DNA from: an uncultured Clostridia bacterium
Lineage (GTDB): Bacteria; Bacillota; Clostridia; TANB77; CAG-508
DNA: 64,000 nt
Direction: 5' to 3'
Assembly (NCBI GenBank): GCA_944392665.1
Contig: CALXXJ010000005.1
Coordinates: 1,967 to 65,966, forward strand
Shown: piece by piece, positions 35,901 through 46,365 of the stretch
Position numbering within the stretch: the first letter of the stretch is position 1
How the letters are laid out: each line of letters starts with the position of its first letter
Notes under the pieces: generated by a model
Told to the model about the DNA's origin: nothing
The model's database searches: none
The model's input: only the letters and a program-made list of their open reading frames with translations
Position numbers and translations under genes: made by a program

Positions 35901-37877
35901 TTACAAATGTTCTACTAAAATCTGAGAAATTGTAAATATTTGTAATACCAAAATAGATATCCCCACAAATTTTGTAACTTTTTCTTCATTATATAGAGAT
36001 TTTACTTTTACTACACTTCCCAGCAATAACATTACTAATGGTAATATTGGTAAGAAATATCTACCTTGTATACCTGCTATACTTGTTTGTCCAACAGTTG
36101 TCCATTGAACATATAAACTTGTAAATATTAATCCTACAATTGCTAATACGACTAATGATATCCAAACTATTTGATATCTTTTAAATTTATCTTTTAACTC
36201 ATTATCTGTAATTGCTGTAAATAGATAAATTCCTAAAAATGCGTATGGTACAATAGAATATAGTTTTATTAGCTCTCCCCATCCTAAGTCAGCACCAAAT
36301 AAGGATAGTAGATAATTGCTACCATTAAGATTAAACGTATACAACACGTTTTGTATATATAGAATTGGATTTTGTAATGCTAGCAATACTTGGATTTTTG
36401 AATCTCCTTCTCTAAATGTAGACAAATATCTACTAGATATTGCTAACCAAATCAAATTTATCATTACCGCAATTCCTGCTATTACGCAGAAGTTTAATAT
36501 TTTATTTTTATTTCCTTGATTTTTAAATTTCTCTTTTGGAATAATCAAAATTAATCCAACTAATGGTATATATACAATTTTACACAATGCAATGACAATA
36601 GATGAAATGAGTAGTATTGCTTTCTCTTTTATTCCAATTTGTTCTTTTTCTCCAAAAGCTAAGTGTAATATATAAGCAATGTAGAAAAATGCCACAGAAA
36701 TTGTCATAGCATCAGGAGATAAAGATGTAAATCCTTCTATTGCAATTGGTATCATAGCTGGTATTAATAACAATTTTTTTCCAAACGGCATAAGTTTTAT
36801 TGCAAAATACAATACCAATAATGCAAATATCATGTTAACGATTCTTCCGCCATATGTTATAAGATATACATTATCTGTCACTAATCTTGCTAAAGCTATA
36901 CCTGTTGCTTGTGGTATGTATTGCACAAAAGAATATACAGCCGCTGTTTCTGGATTTAAGATTCCTTTGTTATCTTCATTTAATTTTACATCTAAAAGCC
37001 CTTTCATCATTTGATAATCTAATTTTGTCCAATCAGTTGGAAATACTTTTGATACACCTTCTGGCATCATTGAGCCTTGCACCCCATTTTCTTGTGGTGT
37101 CATTAGTGTACCTTGTGATACCTCATATGCTTTTAACCAATGATAATATTCATCATGATTTTTGAATGTTGGCATTGTCACTAAGAAGAATATACATGTA
37201 AGTGGTGCAACCATTAAAAAGATATTTTCAATCTTCATTCCTTTTTTATAATATATAATACTTGATACAATATAAATTCCTAATACAAATACAATTAATA
37301 TGACAGAATATATGGTTGTTCTAATATTACTTTTATATAAATCCTGGAAAATAAGTGAAGCCCTTTGCATTTCTTCACCATTTACAGTTAAATGATTTTT
37401 AAGGAACTCATTTTTATCCGTATATTTTACACTATAAAATTTGTCAGCTTCTTCAAGATCATTAAATCTTATAAAGATTTGATATTCCTTATCTTTTGAG
37501 TCCTTTTGTTTTGAAAATTCTAATGTATATTGTGAGGTTTCTCTTACATAATTACGTAAAATCTCTTTTTCTTCTATTACATTTCCATCGGCATCTTTTA
37601 TTCCTATAGTTACTTTTCCACCACAATTCACATCATCTTTATATGGTTCAAAATCTATTTTTACTTTTTCTAGGTTATTATCAACTGCAACAAAAGTTTG
37701 TATAATTTCAGTTCCTGTTGCAATTTCTTCCAATGTTCCAGTTTCTTCTTGTACTTCTCCTGCTGTATACAGTTTTTCTTCTATTTTAAGTGCATAATTC
37801 GCTATTAAAACTATTATCAAAACAGCTATTGTTAAAATACCGTAAAACTTCCAATCTTTTTTTATATCTATCTTCAT
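35901..37877 (-). CDS. Large polytopic membrane protein, DUF2142/GT-C-like glycosyltransferase candidate
   Basis: 658-aa ORF. TM1, a ~170-aa external domain, then more than 10 TMs. HDEYYHWLKAYEVSQG motif after an early TM, as in GT-C enzymes. Sits downstream of the GacI/GacJ-like pair. Confidence 0.6.
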   Translation of the reverse strand: MKIDIKKDWKFYGILTIAVLIIVLIANYALKIEEKLYTAGEVQEETGTLEEIATGTEIIQTFVAVDNNLEKVKIDFEPYKDDVNCGGKVTIGIKDADGNVIEEKEILRNYVRETSQYTLEFSKQKDSKDKEYQIFIRFNDLEEADKFYSVKYTDKNEFLKNHLTVNGEEMQRASLIFQDLYKSNIRTTIYSVILIVFVLGIYIVSSIIYYKKGMKIENIFLMVAPLTCIFFLVTMPTFKNHDEYYHWLKAYEVSQGTLMTPQENGVQGSMMPEGVSKVFPTDWTKLDYQMMKGLLDVKLNEDNKGILNPETAAVYSFVQYIPQATGIALARLVTDNVYLITYGGRIVNMIFALLVLYFAIKLMPFGKKLLLIPAMIPIAIEGFTSLSPDAMTISVAFFYIAYILHLAFGEKEQIGIKEKAILLISSIVIALCKIVYIPLVGLILIIPKEKFKNQGNKNKILNFCVIAGIAVMINLIWLAISSRYLSTFREGDSKIQVLLALQNPILYIQNVLYTFNLNGSNYLLSLFGADLGWGELIKLYSIVPYAFLGIYLFTAITDNELKDKFKRYQIVWISLVVLAIVGLIFTSLYVQWTTVGQTSIAGIQGRYFLPILPLVMLLLGSVVKVKSLYNEEKVTKFVGISILVLQIFTISQILVEHL

Positions 37878-37932
37878 AGCTTTCTCTTCCTTTTACCTTC
37901 GTTTATTTTTTCTTATTATTACAATTCATATC

Positions 37933-38283
37933 TTATTTTATGTTTAATAAAATAACTCCAATAATAATTAATACGATTCCACCAATTGCATAAGCATTTA
38001 GATGTTCCTTAAAAATAAAAACACCAGCTAATATAATTAAAATTTGCGTAATTGCTGTAATTATTGGGTATATATAGCTCAAGTCAAAATTTTTAATAAT
38101 ATAAAATGTATATATTAAAAAGCTACCAATATATGCAATAAAACCTAGCATTGCTTTTAATCCCATAGAAAAGTTGAAAGTACCATCCTGTATAGCAATT
38201 TGTATATTACCTGAACCTGCCTTTACTAAAATAAGTCCTCCTACTGTTAAAATCAAATATATGATAATACTAAGAATTTTCAT
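37933..38283 (-). CDS. Small 4-TM EamA/SMR-like protein (ArnE/F-like lipid-linked sugar flippase candidate)
   Basis: 116 aa, four TMs. Overlaps the upstream DUF2304-like gene by 14 nt. Confidence 0.55.
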   Translation of the reverse strand: MKILSIIIYLILTVGGLILVKAGSGNIQIAIQDGTFNFSMGLKAMLGFIAYIGSFLIYTFYIIKNFDLSYIYPIITAITQILIILAGVFIFKEHLNAYAIGGIVLIIIGVILLNIK

Positions 38284-38650
38284 CTTCTGTTTCCTCCTTT
38301 ATCTTTTTTTCTAACTTTTCTACTTTTGCTGATAATATTGCATTTTCTTGTATTAAAGTTGTAACTTTTTCAAATAGTTTTGAAAATGCTAAACTAATGT
38401 AAAATATAATAACAATTATTAAAAATAGATAAATTAGGAACAACGCGTTTGTTGGTTCTGCTATATGTAATAATTTTGAAATCCCAATAACTATATTGGG
38501 AAAAATGGCACAAAGTAGTGTTATGACTCCAAAACATAGCCATAAAAGTGTGTATCGATAAGATAGTTTCTTCTTTTGTGTAACTGTTAAAATAAATATA
38601 CAAAATAAAAATGTTGCTAAAATTAAGATTATTTGTAATCCACGATCCAT
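38270..38650 (-). CDS. DUF2304-family small membrane protein (GacJ-like)
   Basis: 126 aa. KKKLSYRYTLLWL...IFPN...AEPTNALFLIYLF pattern typical of DUF2304, plus a C-terminal coiled/charged tail. Confidence 0.7.
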   Translation of the reverse strand: MDRGLQIILILATFLFCIFILTVTQKKKLSYRYTLLWLCFGVITLLCAIFPNIVIGISKLLHIAEPTNALFLIYLFLIIVIIFYISLAFSKLFEKVTTLIQENAILSAKVEKLEKKIKEETEDENS

Positions 38651-38711
38651 ATTTCATATCCTCCTCTAATTATAAATCATACATTTTTTGATTATCCATA
38701 TAAATTCAATA

Positions 38712-39410
38712 TTATATTTCTCGATTCTTAAAAACACATGCCAATACAACAGCTAGTCCTACTTTTATAGCATAATATATTGATTTTATTGGGGTTATTG
38801 AAGATGAACCACTGTCTCTTTCTTTCATTTTCATTGGAATTTCTATAATTTTAAAATCATTTTTTGCTATAAAAGCATTTGTTTCTGGCTCCGGATAGTC
38901 AACTGGATAATTTTTAGCAAATATATTTATTACTTTTTTACTTGCTGCTCTATAACCTGATGTTGTATCTTTAATTTCTTTTTTGGTAAATAATTTTATA
39001 ATTTTAGAATATAGTATGATTCCCATTCTTCTAATAAATGTAGATTGAAATCCCTCTTTTTCTACAAATCTAGATCCTATTACTAAGTCATTTCCCTCTT
39101 CTACTTTTTTGATAAGTTCTGGTATATATTTAGGATCATGTTGTCCATCTGCATCCATTTGAATTGCCACATCATAATCATTTTCATATGCATATTTGTA
39201 ACCTGTTTGAACTGCTCCACCTATCCCTAAATTGATTGGTAAATGTATAACATGAAAATTATTTTGTTTTGCTATTTCCAAAGTCCTATCTTTTGAACAG
39301 TCATCTATAATTACATAATCAACATCTGGACAAATTGACTTTAAATTTTTTACAGTATTTACGATTGCTCCTTCTTCATTATATGCTGGTATGATTACTA
39401 GTGCTTTCAT
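38712..39410 (-). CDS. GT2 polyprenyl-phosphate sugar synthase (GacI/DPM1-like)
   Basis: 232-aa soluble-type GT2 (VIIPAYNEE...IIDDCSKD...MDADGQHDP). Followed by a DUF2304 gene. Confidence 0.8.
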   Translation of the reverse strand: MKALVIIPAYNEEGAIVNTVKNLKSICPDVDYVIIDDCSKDRTLEIAKQNNFHVIHLPINLGIGGAVQTGYKYAYENDYDVAIQMDADGQHDPKYIPELIKKVEEGNDLVIGSRFVEKEGFQSTFIRRMGIILYSKIIKLFTKKEIKDTTSGYRAASKKVINIFAKNYPVDYPEPETNAFIAKNDFKIIEIPMKMKERDSGSSSITPIKSIYYAIKVGLAVVLACVFKNREI

Positions 39411-39509
39411 TATTTCCTCCTATATTCCCATAAATTCTATATAAATTAATAAAAACTCTCTTGCTTTTTCAATATTTCTTTTAAATTTTAAAGAATGTCA
39501 TTTCTAAAT

Positions 39510-40988
39510 TTAAAAAACACATAAATGCATAATATTATTTTCAAAAATAATTTGTTCTGGTGAAAAATAATCCCATGATTTTTGTTCGAATTGTTCCTTT
39601 ATTTCTTGATTAGCTTCTATTACTTTAAATTCTCTACCTGTAAATTTTAGTATTCTACTAACACACCAATCAGCTGAATATGCTTTAATATTAATATCTC
39701 CTGATGCTTTTAATTCTGGATATACATATTGTGGTGTTTTATCTCTATAAATAGCAATTGTATCAACTGTATTTCCTGTTGCTTCTTCATAATTTAATAT
39801 TTCTTGATAAATTTGTATAGTAACTTGTTTATCTAGATAATTTCCAATATAATTATCTCTTGTATAATCCATAAAATATACATATTGTATTAATAAAAAT
39901 ACAATGCATATGCAAATTACTATATCTTTTACTATCTCTTTTATATCAAATTTTGAGAATAAATACAACCCTAAAATTCCAATAATAGCTGCCATTGGAT
40001 ATGAACTCCTAGCAACAAACCATATTGAATTTGTATCTTGTAACATTTGTGGAGCCACTGTTGCAAATAATGTACCTGCCATTAAGTAAAATGCACTTAA
40101 TATTTTTAATGCTTTTTCTTTCGTACTGATATTTTCTCTTATTGCTTTGTAAATAATGATTCCTAATATAATAACAATGATTGCTAAAAATACATATTTC
40201 GGTAATAAATCATAACTATTCACTAACATTCTTTTGGTTCCATCAATTACTTTTGCAATTGACTCTGAAAAAATCATTTCTCCATTTACTCTAGCATTTG
40301 TAAAGAAAAATCTTACTAATAAGAAATTCAATAAGGCTGGAATTCCATATGTTAACGCAACAATCACATTATTGACAATAAATTCTTTTATATTTTTTGA
40401 ATATTTTATAATATAGATTAATGATATGGCAACAAATAATCCAACAGTTCCTTGATAACAACAATTTGCTATTATCATTAAAATTCCTGCCCATATAATG
40501 GATTTCTTATTTCCTTGGAAAAACTTATCTATTTGTTCTACTGCTAATACACATAATAGAACAGATAAAACCATAATTCCTTTTTCTATGTACAAAAATA
40601 ATTCCAAAGAAAATGGATTGATTAAGATTAAAATAGCTATTATAGTGCTTACTATATGATTTTTTATATCTTTTTGTATTAATTTGTTTAATCTATACAA
40701 GGCCGTTATCATACAAATCATGGCAAATACATATGACAATATATATGTCCATTCATTACTTAATTTTAGTATTCCCATAACTACATATGCTGCCACTGCT
40801 GTTACAATTCTTCCACAAGATAAAAAATGTTTTACACTATGCATTAAGTCATTTGTAAAAACACTGTATGTATCTGGAGCATATTGTAATTTACAAAGTG
40901 CTCCAAAAAATACTATTGTTACGATTGTAAAAATGTATAAATTTTTATCTGTTATAATTTCTTTCGTTTTTTCTTTAAACTTTTCCAT
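39510..40988 (-). CDS. Polytopic membrane protein with a C-terminal external domain, GT-C-like (GtrII-type) candidate
   Basis: 492-aa ORF, about 11 TMs then a ~120-aa soluble tail. No firm motif; the call rests on architecture and context. Confidence 0.45.
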   Translation of the reverse strand: MEKFKEKTKEIITDKNLYIFTIVTIVFFGALCKLQYAPDTYSVFTNDLMHSVKHFLSCGRIVTAVAAYVVMGILKLSNEWTYILSYVFAMICMITALYRLNKLIQKDIKNHIVSTIIAILILINPFSLELFLYIEKGIMVLSVLLCVLAVEQIDKFFQGNKKSIIWAGILMIIANCCYQGTVGLFVAISLIYIIKYSKNIKEFIVNNVIVALTYGIPALLNFLLVRFFFTNARVNGEMIFSESIAKVIDGTKRMLVNSYDLLPKYVFLAIIVIILGIIIYKAIRENISTKEKALKILSAFYLMAGTLFATVAPQMLQDTNSIWFVARSSYPMAAIIGILGLYLFSKFDIKEIVKDIVICICIVFLLIQYVYFMDYTRDNYIGNYLDKQVTIQIYQEILNYEEATGNTVDTIAIYRDKTPQYVYPELKASGDINIKAYSADWCVSRILKFTGREFKVIEANQEIKEQFEQKSWDYFSPEQIIFENNIMHLCVF

Positions 40989-41050
40989 CTCTATTTTTCT
41001 CCTCTATTCCGTGTAATAATACGAAGCAACATACAACAAGGTTAGGCTTC

Positions 41051-41827
41051 TTATAGTTCTTCAGCAAATCCCTTTTGCAATTTATTAAATATTAAATATC
41101 CTATAACGATTGCAACTAATACAATTCCAATTAAAATCAAAATGCTTTGAACATCTGGCATTGTTTGATTGTAAAAAATATCACGGTATCCCTCAATAAT
41201 ATATGTCATTGGATTCAAATTCAATATCCACGCTGCTTCTGGTGGTAATGTATCTATGGAATATACAATTGGTGTTGCATAAAACAATAATTGTAAAAAT
41301 ATACCTATAAAATGTTGTAAATCCCTTACATATACACATACACTAGAAACAATAAAAGATATTGCTAGTAATAGTAAATATTGTGCAATAAATATTAGTG
41401 GATATACTAGAATATATTTTGTAATACCAATTCCACTAAAAATAACAAATGCAAATATAATCACTGTAGAAATTAAGAAATTTACTGCTTCACTAGTAAC
41501 AACAGAAATTGGTAATATTTCTCTTGGAAAATATACTTTCTTTAATATGTTTCCATTTTCCACCATAGTAAATGCTGATCTTGAAATAGCAGTTGAGAAA
41601 AATGTCCATGGTATTAATCCACAACATAAGAAAACAACATAGTTTTCTTGAGGATTTTTTAAAATCATCTGAAATACAATTGCATAAACTGCTATTTGTA
41701 ATAATGGATTTAAAAATGACCAAATAACGCCTAAAAATGAATTTTTATATTTTCCTCTGATTTCTTTTTTTACATTTGTTTTTAATAACTCTCGATAATT
41801 ATATAAATTTTTAAAAACATTTAACAT
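41051..41827 (-). CDS. ABC-2 type polysaccharide/teichoic-acid export permease (Wzm/TagG-like)
   Basis: 258 aa, 6 TMs. N-terminal YRELLKTNVKKEIRGKYKNSFLGVIWSFLNPL signature of ABC-2 permeases. Confidence 0.85.
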   Translation of the reverse strand: MLNVFKNLYNYRELLKTNVKKEIRGKYKNSFLGVIWSFLNPLLQIAVYAIVFQMILKNPQENYVVFLCCGLIPWTFFSTAISRSAFTMVENGNILKKVYFPREILPISVVTSEAVNFLISTVIIFAFVIFSGIGITKYILVYPLIFIAQYLLLLAISFIVSSVCVYVRDLQHFIGIFLQLLFYATPIVYSIDTLPPEAAWILNLNPMTYIIEGYRDIFYNQTMPDVQSILILIGIVLVAIVIGYLIFNKLQKGFAEEL

Positions 41828-41830
41828 TGA

Positions 41831-44146
41831 TTATTCTCCTCTTTTTAGTATCTTTTTCAAAAATGGATATATGTGTAATTTTGTAAGTACAACATAGAAT
41901 GGATGTTTAATTTTATATTCTAATGTGTTTTCATAGAAAAGCATTTTATCTTCTTTTTTCTCTAGATTCCAATCTATATCGACATATTGTTTGTTAAAAT
42001 TCTCTGCTAGCCATTTATATTCTACTTGTTCACTAATCAAATATTTTGTGATTAATTCTTTTGTTATATCTTTATATGGTAACAAATTTTTAGCATTTTC
42101 TATTTTTTCTTGATTTGGATTATTTTTTATATTTTCAAAAATCTCTTCCATATTTTTTACCATATTATCTATGGTAAATCCATCTAAAACTCTTTTTCTT
42201 GCTTCTTTTTTATAATCTTCTAAGTTATCAAGCACTTTATTGATTCCTTCTACATATGGAGTGATTTCTTCTTCTTTATAATTTAAATCAAAAATGTCTT
42301 CTTCTTTTTGTAAACATGGTACAATAACTCCCACTTTTGAATTGATCAATTCCTTTTGTCCTCCCACATCACATGAGACAACCGGAACGCCCATTGCTAA
42401 TGATTCATATGCTGTTAATGCAAGTCCCTCTTTTATGGAACAATTTATTGTTAAATCACTAATTGCATAAATTTTTTCTGTATCTTTTACACTTCCCAAG
42501 AAAATAATTTTATCCTCTATTTTTTTATTTTTCGCTTCTTTTTTTATTTTATCTAATAATGGTCCATCTCCTGCAACAATCACCATAAAATCATTTCTTT
42601 TTTGCTTTAATTTATCTATAATTTCTAATAATAAATATGGTCGCTTTTGTTCAGCTATTCGACAAATATAACTGATGATGTATTTTCCGTTTGTTTCAAT
42701 ATGTTTTTCTTTTAAAATTTCTTCTTTATTAAATTTTTCTGGGTCATAGATTTGTTCATCTACACCAATATATACAGTTCCTAAGTCTTCTGGTTTTCTA
42801 TGGAAATGGTCTACTAGTATTTTTTCACTATTTTTGTTACATAGATAGGTTTTATCTATCACAGAAGATATACTACTTGAATCTCTTGAAAATCCTCCAT
42901 TACGATTATACCATTCTTCCATATGTATATAATCCATAATTGGTATTTGTGGATATGTTACTTTTAAATATGGTAAAATATTATATCCAAATGTACTATT
43001 TGTATTAAATATAATATCTATATGATTTTTTTGAATTAGATAATTGATAAAGCTTATCCAATATTTCCTATCCAAAAATGTTGTCAAATCATATACTTCC
43101 GCATTTTCTTCAAATTGCTGTCTCCATTCATTTCTATTTGGCTCTGTTGATACAATGATAAAATTGAATTTATTTTTATCACTACGTTTTACGATATCAA
43201 GATTAAATTTGTCTGCTCCTCCCATTGTCATCCATGGTATCATCATTAATATATTGATTTTATGATTTTTTGCTTTTTTAGGTATTTCTATTTTATCAAA
43301 TGTTTCGACAATTTCTTCCCAATTATAATCTTCTTTTGGATATTGAATTGCTTTTTTTAATATAAATGCTTCTTTTTTTTCTTTTTGCTCTATTTCTTTG
43401 TTTATATTTCTAACATAATTCATGGCCTTTTCTCTGTTGTCTTCATTTGATTGTCTTAACTGGCTTTCTTCTTTTTTCTTTTGGCGATACCAAAAGCCAA
43501 AGAAATTCATTCTAACTGGAAACATGCCTTCTTTCATCATTTTTAGCCACAAACACCAATCTTCATACACATTTTTATCTCTTATTTCAAATCCATTGAC
43601 TTTTAAGAATGCTTCTTTTCTTATCATGGCTGTCATGACTAAAATATTGTCTTGCATCATTTTCTTAGGTTGATACCATTTTGTCCAAGTATAATATTGT
43701 CCATCAAAATTGATGGTATCTGCATATGTCCAACTTGCTTTTGGGTTTGTCTCTAAGGTCCAATAGGCACATTCTAAATAGGTATCCACAATCAAATCAT
43801 CTGAATCAAGAAAAACAAGATATTTTACAGATTTACTTATTTTTTCTACTCCGAAATCTCTTGCAGCTGCTGGTCCTTCATTTTCTTTATGATATACTTT
43901 TATTCTGTTATCTAATTTTTCAATATCTTCTAATTTTTTTATATCTTCTTTATTGGTAGAACCATCATCAACAATAATCCATTCAAAATAAGGAAATGTT
44001 TGATTTAATACACTATTTACAGTTGTATCTATATATTTATTGGTATTATAATATGGGGTTATTATTGCAATAATTGGTTCTTTTTCTTCATATTGTTCTT
44101 TTTCTTTTCTTTGTTTTCCTGGAAATATGTCTTTGTCTATATTCAT
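41831..44146 (-). CDS. Bifunctional GT2 (N-terminal) / GT4 (C-terminal) glycosyltransferase
   Basis: GT2 block (IITPYYN...IVDDGS...LDSDD) and GT4 block (…EGLALTAYESLAMGVPVV). Lies between the Wzt and Wzm genes. ATG 44146 preferred; the track start is TTG at 44170. Confidence 0.8.
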   Translation of the reverse strand: MNIDKDIFPGKQRKEKEQYEEKEPIIAIITPYYNTNKYIDTTVNSVLNQTFPYFEWIIVDDGSTNKEDIKKLEDIEKLDNRIKVYHKENEGPAAARDFGVEKISKSVKYLVFLDSDDLIVDTYLECAYWTLETNPKASWTYADTINFDGQYYTWTKWYQPKKMMQDNILVMTAMIRKEAFLKVNGFEIRDKNVYEDWCLWLKMMKEGMFPVRMNFFGFWYRQKKKEESQLRQSNEDNREKAMNYVRNINKEIEQKEKKEAFILKKAIQYPKEDYNWEEIVETFDKIEIPKKAKNHKINILMMIPWMTMGGADKFNLDIVKRSDKNKFNFIIVSTEPNRNEWRQQFEENAEVYDLTTFLDRKYWISFINYLIQKNHIDIIFNTNSTFGYNILPYLKVTYPQIPIMDYIHMEEWYNRNGGFSRDSSSISSVIDKTYLCNKNSEKILVDHFHRKPEDLGTVYIGVDEQIYDPEKFNKEEILKEKHIETNGKYIISYICRIAEQKRPYLLLEIIDKLKQKRNDFMVIVAGDGPLLDKIKKEAKNKKIEDKIIFLGSVKDTEKIYAISDLTINCSIKEGLALTAYESLAMGVPVVSCDVGGQKELINSKVGVIVPCLQKEEDIFDLNYKEEEITPYVEGINKVLDNLEDYKKEARKRVLDGFTIDNMVKNMEEIFENIKNNPNQEKIENAKNLLPYKDITKELITKYLISEQVEYKWLAENFNKQYVDIDWNLEKKEDKMLFYENTLEYKIKHPFYVVLTKLHIYPFLKKILKRGE

Positions 44147-44174
44147 ACTCTCAATCCTTTCTAGGTACAAATTT

Positions 44175-44921
44175 TTAACTAATTGCTTTTATATATTCAT
44201 CTACTACTTTTTCTGTGTCTCCATCCATCTTGATTTTTCCGTCACATAGCCAAATGGTTCGATTACATAACTTTCTTACAGATTCCATACTATGTGTTAC
44301 AAATACCATGGTTTTTCCTTGATTTTTCAATTCTAACATTTTATCAAAACATTTATTTTGAAAATGTTCATCTCCAACAGATAATATCTCATCAATTAAC
44401 AAAATATCTGCATCCACATTGATGGCAACTGAAAATGCCAGTCTCATATACATTCCTGATGAATATGTTCTTACAGGATTATCTATAAAATTCTGTAATT
44501 CTGAAAATTCTATAATATCCTCTAACCTGTCATCAATTTCCTTCTTAGTCAATCCAAAAATAGATGCATTAAAATATATATTCTCTCTACCTGAAAAATC
44601 AGGATGGAAACCTGCACCTAATTCTAGTAAAGAAGTTAATTTTCCGTTAGTTTCTATTTTTCCTTTATTTGGATAGATAATTTTAGTAAGTAATTTTAAT
44701 AAAGTAGATTTACCACTACCATTTGTTCCAATTAATGCAACAACTTCTCCTTTTTTTATCTTTGCACTAACTCCTTTTAAAACTTCTCTTTTTTCTTTTC
44801 TATTTCTTGAAAATAAAAATAATAATTTTTCTTTGATGGTATTTGCCTTATCCAAATATACATTAAATGTTTTATAAACATCATCTATCATAATACTATA
44901 TTCTTCTTGATTTTCTTGCAT
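44175..44921 (-). CDS. ABC transporter ATP-binding protein (Wzt/TagH-like)
   Basis: 248 aa. Walker A GTNGSGKST, signature YSSGM, Walker B LLIDE. No C-terminal carbohydrate-binding extension. Confidence 0.88.
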   Translation of the reverse strand: MQENQEEYSIMIDDVYKTFNVYLDKANTIKEKLLFLFSRNRKEKREVLKGVSAKIKKGEVVALIGTNGSGKSTLLKLLTKIIYPNKGKIETNGKLTSLLELGAGFHPDFSGRENIYFNASIFGLTKKEIDDRLEDIIEFSELQNFIDNPVRTYSSGMYMRLAFSVAINVDADILLIDEILSVGDEHFQNKCFDKMLELKNQGKTMVFVTHSMESVRKLCNRTIWLCDGKIKMDGDTEKVVDEYIKAIS

Positions 44922-44991
44922 ATTTTATCTCATTCCTCTCCAAAGTTTAAATTCATTTTAAACCTTTTTTCTAATCTGTTAAACTTTGATT

Positions 44992-45019
44992 ATTATATCA
45001 TAAATTGTCATATTGTAAA
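44992..45019 (-). promoter_or_regulatory. Putative internal promoter for the wzt-GT-wzm block
   Basis: Minus strand TTTACA (45019-45014) - 16 nt - TATAAT (44997-44992). Confidence 0.4.
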
Positions 45020-45036
45020 GTAAAAATAATTTAACT

Positions 45037-46263
45037 TTATTCAAATTGAAAATTTTTTTCAATATAAAAAGATGATGGATTATATATCATTAACACAATA
45101 TCTGGTTTATATTCTTTTATATATTCTATTTCTTTACCTTCAAAATGTCTTAAATCAATTGTTCTTAACTCTTTTACCCTTAAAGATAAGAAAGAAGAAA
45201 ATGGCAAGCCATAAGAATCTTGAATGACTAATACTTTTTTATCAGACATAGATGTTTCATTTTGAATCACAATTTCTGGAAAATCTCCTCCAAAATAACA
45301 AGCATATTTATTTAATAAAATATCATCACCTAATAAATCTTTTACAATAATGGTATCTTCAAAACTTCCATTTTTTACATCACCACTTTTATTGACTGAT
45401 AACTGTGTTTCAAAATTAGGTACTATATATTCAAAATCATCTAATCCACCGTAAAATCTTCCATTTCTTTTTCCGATAGAACCTAAGTAAGCATTTTTTT
45501 GTGTGATAATATGATAATGATTTATATCTGTATAAAAACTATCAATATTAAAATTATATTCATTGTTTAATATGTCACTTATATGATTTACTGCCTCAAA
45601 TGCTGTTTTTATTTTCCAATGGTGGTCTGTTATAAAATATTCTTCTTGTATTGGCATTTCCTTAAAATATTCTCTTAAATCCACTGTTTCCACTTGCTGT
45701 TCATTTAATGTTTTTAATAAAACATCTGCATTTTCATTTGCATAATCTGCAACACCTGTTGGTAATTCAGAGTTGTCTCTTATTTTATATGGTGCTTGAA
45801 TATATATAAAAGGAATTCCTTCTTCATGTATATTTTTTTGTAATTCAGCAATATGATTTGCTCTTGTTACCATATCTTCTTTCTTTTGAAGAAATGTTAA
45901 CATTCCATTGTTAAGTTTCACAACATCTCTTGTTGGATCATTACTATCTTCTAAATAACTTTTAAAAAGAATTTTTTGGACAAGACCATATACATCTACA
46001 AATTCATCTTTTCCATATATTTGTTCATTAAAAACCGTTTCTGCTTTTTCAGTTAATTCTACTACTTTTCCATATCCATCTGTTTGTTCATTTTCAAAAA
46101 TTGCTACTATTTCTGCTTTTAATTCTTCATATTTTGAAATAACTGTAAAAATTAATGTAGAAAAAATGATGGCTAAAAATACAATAGCTACCACCTTTTC
46201 TTCAGTAATTTTATACTTTTTTATTTTGATTAATTCTTTATTATCTTTCATTTTTATTCGCAT
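45037..46263 (-). CDS. DHHW-family protein (AlgX/AlgJ/DltD-like SGNH O-acyltransferase partner)
   Basis: 408 aa. N-terminal TM and an ITDHHW motif. Directly downstream of an MBOAT gene. Confidence 0.75.
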   Translation of the reverse strand: MRIKMKDNKELIKIKKYKITEEKVVAIVFLAIIFSTLIFTVISKYEELKAEIVAIFENEQTDGYGKVVELTEKAETVFNEQIYGKDEFVDVYGLVQKILFKSYLEDSNDPTRDVVKLNNGMLTFLQKKEDMVTRANHIAELQKNIHEEGIPFIYIQAPYKIRDNSELPTGVADYANENADVLLKTLNEQQVETVDLREYFKEMPIQEEYFITDHHWKIKTAFEAVNHISDILNNEYNFNIDSFYTDINHYHIITQKNAYLGSIGKRNGRFYGGLDDFEYIVPNFETQLSVNKSGDVKNGSFEDTIIVKDLLGDDILLNKYACYFGGDFPEIVIQNETSMSDKKVLVIQDSYGLPFSSFLSLRVKELRTIDLRHFEGKEIEYIKEYKPDIVLMIYNPSSFYIEKNFQFE

Positions 46264-46365
46264 TCCTTTCCTCTCCTAATGTCTTAAGTTGGAAAAGAAT
46301 TAAATTTTGGCAAGACAAAACAAATTTGAAATTTGATCAATGCCAAAATTATAATTATTTTTCAA

